Shown here one piece after another: positions 25,995 to 29,674 of a DNA stretch of 29,674 bases. The notes under the pieces were generated by a model. The model worked only from the letters and a program-made list of their open reading frames with translations, ran no database searches and was not told the DNA's origin. Positions within the stretch are counted from its first letter, which is position 1. The number at the start of each line of letters is the position of its first letter. The stretch is from assembly GCA_965364865.1 (NCBI GenBank), contig CBDTZI010000001.1:1-29674 (forward strand). Direction: 5' to 3'. The translations under genes were made by a program, and so were the position numbers. Source of the DNA: an uncultured bacterium. GTDB lineage: Bacteria; Planctomycetota; Phycisphaerae; UBA1845.

Positions 25995-26966
25995 TTAATC
26001 TGCTTTCGAAACCTGTTTGGGATCAGTCAATAATGTGCGAGGATCGATGCGATGGCTGGACGCGTCTTTGCTGGGAATCGCCCGACGTACATCTTCTTCA
26101 AATAAATTCCACGGCGACTGGTCCGAGGTCATAATCAGCGTGGTTCTGCGCCGGAGTGCTTCCTGCAGTGCGCGAAGCTCATCCAGAAAAATTCGCAGTT
26201 CGGGATGTTCATCAAATTCCTTGTAATAATCGCTGACCACCCATTGGGCTTCGGCTTCGATCTGTGCGACTTTTTCTCTGGCCGACGCCAAAATGCGTGC
26301 TTCCGACGCGGTGGCATCCGCGAGGATGTCGTTGGCCCGAGCGTCGCCTTCAGCCTGATAGCGAGCCGCCTTGGCTTGTTCGTGCGATTTCATACTGTCG
26401 AAGATGGCTGTGGTCACCGATTCGGGTAAGCCCAATTTACTGAGTCCAAAATCAACCACTTCAATACCGTATTCGTTGATCGCGTCACGAGCGACCGCGA
26501 CCTTGATCGTCTGTTCAATATCACGAATTTTTCGATCTTTCTGATTGGTCGAAATAAATTCCTTGAATTTTCGTTGGCCGATGACCGCCTGCATGTGTGA
26601 CACGATCGTGGTACGTAGTTTCTTTTCACCCTCGTCCACACCGCTGGGAAAATTCGTGTGAAATTTTCCCGGGTCCGTAATGCGCCAGAGCGCAAACGTG
26701 GTAAGGATCAGATTTTTTCCGTCGGTGGTGCGTGTTTCTTCGGTTTTGGTTTCCAATGTGCGAATACGTTTATCGTATTTGACATAGGTTTGAATGGGCG
26801 GGGGCCATTTGTATTTCAAGCCCGGCTCGGTGATCGCCTCTTTGTCCGGCTTGCCCCAGGTCTTCTTAATGGCGACCTCGGTAAAGCGGACTTGAAACGT
26901 ACACATGTAGAGCAGGAGTACGCCGGCGACGACAACCGCAGCCAATATAGTACCCAGATTTTTCAT
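25995..26966 (-). CDS. SPFH (band 7) protein, HflC-like
   Basis: N-terminal TM, TFQV..TEVAI...WGKP....EPGL.YKWP..IQ....YDKRI, T.DGKNL...FA.WRITDP..F, G.EVVDFG...LGLP, and a C-terminal coiled coil with F...R.L.AL. Confidence 0.88.
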   Translation of the reverse strand: MKNLGTILAAVVVAGVLLLYMCTFQVRFTEVAIKKTWGKPDKEAITEPGLKYKWPPPIQTYVKYDKRIRTLETKTEETRTTDGKNLILTTFALWRITDPGKFHTNFPSGVDEGEKKLRTTIVSHMQAVIGQRKFKEFISTNQKDRKIRDIEQTIKVAVARDAINEYGIEVVDFGLSKLGLPESVTTAIFDSMKSHEQAKAARYQAEGDARANDILADATASEARILASAREKVAQIEAEAQWVVSDYYKEFDEHPELRIFLDELRALQEALRRRTTLIMTSDQSPWNLFEEDVRRAIPSKDASSHRIDPRTLLTDPKQVSKAD

Positions 26967-26990
26967 GATCGATAGACTCCGTTTATGGAT

Positions 26991-29135
26991 TTACTGGCCT
27001 GGGTTTTTCTTCATTTCTGTATCCACGCCGTCACTTAATACCTGATCCAGACCGCCGATTTTGGCGGTTTCATATTCGATGATGACTTTGGATAAATCAC
27101 CCAATATAAGATACTTACGAATATCATCGAGGTCCTGGATGACTTCAAGATTTTTTCGTTGTTTATAAAGATTAGGAGCAGCTTTGTAAGCGACCAGCTC
27201 CGTCTTGAACACTCGCGCTTTGGTCGCGGCCTCAGAGATTTTCCGGCTGGCGCTGGCATGGGCAAACGCGATCATCGCCGCGGATTCACCACTCGCGCGG
27301 GGAATCCCTTTTTCTTCGTTGCCCAAAAACAAATCATCAATCCGCTGTTCCGCTTGGGTCAACGCTTCCGTATCTACTTTTTCCTGCGATTGCAATCGAT
27401 CCTTTTCGCGAATCGCTACGTCCAGGCTTTTGGCTCGGGCTTCGGTGCCCGCGATTTCAGTCAGGATTTTCCTGGCTTGACCCTCTGCGGCGTTGATGAT
27501 CGCGAGCATTTTTGTTTGCGAGGCGATGGCGCTTTGGAAGCTGGCGGCGACTTCGTTTTTCGCTGGAGGGTGGGCACCACGAATTCCCACAAAGACAATT
27601 TCAATGCCCACTTCCAATTTTTCCAGACGTTGTTGAATGGAGGATTTCAGCGCCCGATTAAAAGCGACGCGGCCCGGACCCATCAACTCGTCGATATCCA
27701 CGCCAGCTGCATAATCCGCGAGGTACTGATACGCGATCGATTCCAACAGTTTAATCGGATCAGTATAGTGATAGAGAAAGTGGTGGATATTGTTGATGCG
27801 GTATTCAATCGGGATGGACACCATTAACAAACTGACCGGATTACTGCGAGCGGTGTCGTCTTCGGAATCCGATTCAAGTTCGAGGGCGCGTTCGTCAGAA
27901 GATTTGGGAGACGCCACGAGCAGCATTAACTCCGCGACGAAGTCATCATGTTCTTCGGTCCAGATGATCGCTTCCTCGTGGCCGTGACCGTGTCCGTCCT
28001 CTTCATCATCCACGGGTTCACCGATTACCAACTCCGCAATCTGTGATACCGGGGCACGCCGAATGGTGTCGATCGGGAAAGGCCACTTCACATGAAAACC
28101 GGCTTCGAGTTTTTCACCGTCTTTTTGTACGAGTCGACCAAATCGTTCGACGACCGCCGCTTCGTTGGCGTCGATCACGACGAAACTGGATAACGAAAGG
28201 ACAATCATCGCGGTGACGACGATGATCGGAAATAACCATCGTTGTAACAATTGATAAAACCAGGTGGAGCTGACTTCAAACCCGAATTGATAGTTTATCG
28301 CTTCCGCGATCGATTTTGTGATGCTTCCCGGTTCCGACGTCAGGCCGAGCAGCCGACTATCGAAAGAGGGTCTGGACAAGATCTCGGATTGACGCGGGCG
28401 ATAAAAATCAAAGACGAAATTGGCGACCATCTCGAGACCCAGCACGACCATCAACACCCGCGTAAAGTAAGTCATCAGCGGTTCGACCCAATCAATCGTC
28501 GTCGACATCAACGCGACCGACAGGCCCAGGCAAATCAACGCGTTACCCGCCATGTAGGTGGCGCCTGCGTGAAGCAATCGCCAGTCGCGAAGTTGCGACA
28601 GTGCCATGGCGTATCTCGCGTAAAGAAAACAGATAAATCCGATCCCCACGATGAACCACATCATCATGGTTGGGTTTTGTGTCCGTGCCATGCCGCCATG
28701 TTGAATCGTTTTGAAGGTGTCTTCCATTGCCCAGCCCCATCCGACGAAGTGGCCGGCCAGAAGAATGAGGGCGACGATAATCGTGGTCGATGGCAGCATC
28801 CAGCGGATCATCCAACGGAGACGATTTTGCTCAAGCAGGATGGCTTCGTCCTCCACATCAAAGATGGCGGTGGTCGTGCCGGATTCTCTGGCATGAACCA
28901 GTTCGACCGATTCCATTTGCTCAGCGCGTACGCGTCGCACCTGCTTGAACACCAGAAAGAGAATGATCCAGATGGGGATACCCGCGAACATAAATCTGGA
29001 GGCCGTCTGGATCGCGGGTGATTCCGCCCAGATCGAAATTCCCAGAAGAGTAGCGTATGAGGCCAGCTGCAGGAGAAAGCCCAACGCCGCTACATGCTGG
29101 GCTCGTCTGTCACTAAGAGTCGTGGTTTCTGCCAT
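26991..29135 (-). CDS. Polytopic membrane domain fused to HflK-like SPFH domain
   Basis: About 6 extra TM segments in the first ~300 aa, then the usual anchor, EAAVVERFG...GFH.KWPFPID, HPP....VA.SFQ and YKAAP..Y..R..LE motifs. Confidence 0.85.
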   Translation of the reverse strand: MAETTTLSDRRAQHVAALGFLLQLASYATLLGISIWAESPAIQTASRFMFAGIPIWIILFLVFKQVRRVRAEQMESVELVHARESGTTTAIFDVEDEAILLEQNRLRWMIRWMLPSTTIIVALILLAGHFVGWGWAMEDTFKTIQHGGMARTQNPTMMMWFIVGIGFICFLYARYAMALSQLRDWRLLHAGATYMAGNALICLGLSVALMSTTIDWVEPLMTYFTRVLMVVLGLEMVANFVFDFYRPRQSEILSRPSFDSRLLGLTSEPGSITKSIAEAINYQFGFEVSSTWFYQLLQRWLFPIIVVTAMIVLSLSSFVVIDANEAAVVERFGRLVQKDGEKLEAGFHVKWPFPIDTIRRAPVSQIAELVIGEPVDDEEDGHGHGHEEAIIWTEEHDDFVAELMLLVASPKSSDERALELESDSEDDTARSNPVSLLMVSIPIEYRINNIHHFLYHYTDPIKLLESIAYQYLADYAAGVDIDELMGPGRVAFNRALKSSIQQRLEKLEVGIEIVFVGIRGAHPPAKNEVAASFQSAIASQTKMLAIINAAEGQARKILTEIAGTEARAKSLDVAIREKDRLQSQEKVDTEALTQAEQRIDDLFLGNEEKGIPRASGESAAMIAFAHASASRKISEAATKARVFKTELVAYKAAPNLYKQRKNLEVIQDLDDIRKYLILGDLSKVIIEYETAKIGGLDQVLSDGVDTEMKKNPGQ

Positions 29136-29174
29136 ATTGTTAATCTTTACAGGTTTCTGTTATGCGCATTGAAC

Positions 29175-29189
29175 CTGACTTCAAGTCAG
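29175..29189. promoter_or_regulatory. Palindrome in divergent promoter region, candidate operator
   Basis: CTGACTT-C-AAGTCAG (perfect 7-bp arms), 39 nt upstream of the SPFH operon start. Confidence 0.4.
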
Positions 29190-29192
29190 ATC

Positions 29193-29210
29193 GTATCCAA
29201 GGGTATCCAA
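29193..29210. repeat. Direct repeat with 10-bp period
   Basis: GTATCCAA-GG-GTATCCAA. Confidence 0.5.
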
Positions 29211-29375
29211 AGCAGCTGCGGGGCTCACCTTGCTGTTCGATCGCGGCAGCTTACAATAAACGAATTCCAGTGCCAATATGTTGCTATTTACGGATGCAGT
29301 GGCAGACAAGTTCGCTCATACGAACGCCAAAATCGATGATTAGTCATTCTAACCGGAATCGGTGACCGCAAAAAG

Positions 29376-29674
29376 ATGTTTCAACGCTTCTATACCCTAT
29401 CACAAAATACGTTTGTCGAAACGATTCGCCAGCCGATTTACGGCGTGATTTTGCTGGCGACCGCAATCCTCATGGTTCTCAACGTGTCGCTGGCGGGGTT
29501 TACCCTGGACGACGACAACAAGCTCCTGCTGGACCTGGGACTTTCTACGCTCCTGCTCAGCGGTTTGTTCTTGTCCACATTCAGTGCCGCTGGGGTGTTG
29601 AGTCGGGAAATCGAAAACAAGACCGTGTTAACGGTCATTTCCAAGCCGGTCAGCCGCACCTTGTTCATTTTGGG
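29376..29674 (+). CDS. Second ABC-2-type permease, 3'-truncated by window edge (absent from the ORF track)
   Basis: My translation from ATG 29376 is open to the edge: MFQRFYTLSQNTFVETIRQPIYGVILL...DLGLSTLLLSGLFL...LSREIENKTVLTVISKPVSRTLFILG. It carries the same E..N......KP.SR..FILG motif as 21983-23389. Confidence 0.85.
   Translation, partial: MFQRFYTLSQNTFVETIRQPIYGVILLATAILMVLNVSLAGFTLDDDNKLLLDLGLSTLLLSGLFLSTFSAAGVLSREIENKTVLTVISKPVSRTLFIL

Noticed and set aside
28251-29021. 256-aa + strand ORF (also 27159-27827, 222 aa)
   Set aside because: Antisense shadows of the well-supported SPFH fusion gene, with no recognisable motifs.
24703-29135. Assigning gene symbols hflK/hflC
   Set aside because: Family similarity is clear, but orthology to the FtsH-modulating pair is not shown. 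The context and insertions differ.
1-29674. CRISPR arrays, tRNA/rRNA, transposases, integrases, prophage genes
   Set aside because: No spaced repeats, cloverleaf or rRNA-like segments, or recombinase motifs seen. The window is almost fully occupied by assignable CDS.

Overview
Bacterial chromosomal window, probably Planctomycetota and possibly Phycisphaerae (inferred from gene content and protein style only, no database search). I saw no mobile element, CRISPR array, rRNA or tRNA. Bases 1-12466 (+) hold a division/cell-wall (dcw) cluster: ftsI(5'-truncated)-murE-murF-mraY-ftsW-murG-murC-murB-ddl-ftsQ-like. murD is missing from its usual slot, and no ftsA or ftsZ follows ftsQ. Two tandem DUF4203-like polytopic membrane proteins sit there instead. 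The middle holds a group I truncated globin, a xylose-isomerase-like TIM barrel whose two catalytic Glu appear replaced by Arg, an APC amino-acid permease, an orphan FHA-GAF-histidine kinase and a 170-aa hypothetical. A 179-nt convergent gap then folds by eye into a long rod-like hairpin. Bases 19977-29135 (-) form a tightly packed six-gene operon: polytopic-membrane/HflK-like SPFH fusion, HflC-like, second HflK-like, ABC ATPase with a long motif-bearing tail, ABC-2-type permease and a membrane-anchored TPR-like protein. A second paralogous permease starts divergently at the right edge. This SPFH-trio plus ABC module is the best candidate here for an uncharacterised system. All alignments and folds were done by eye and need computational confirmation.
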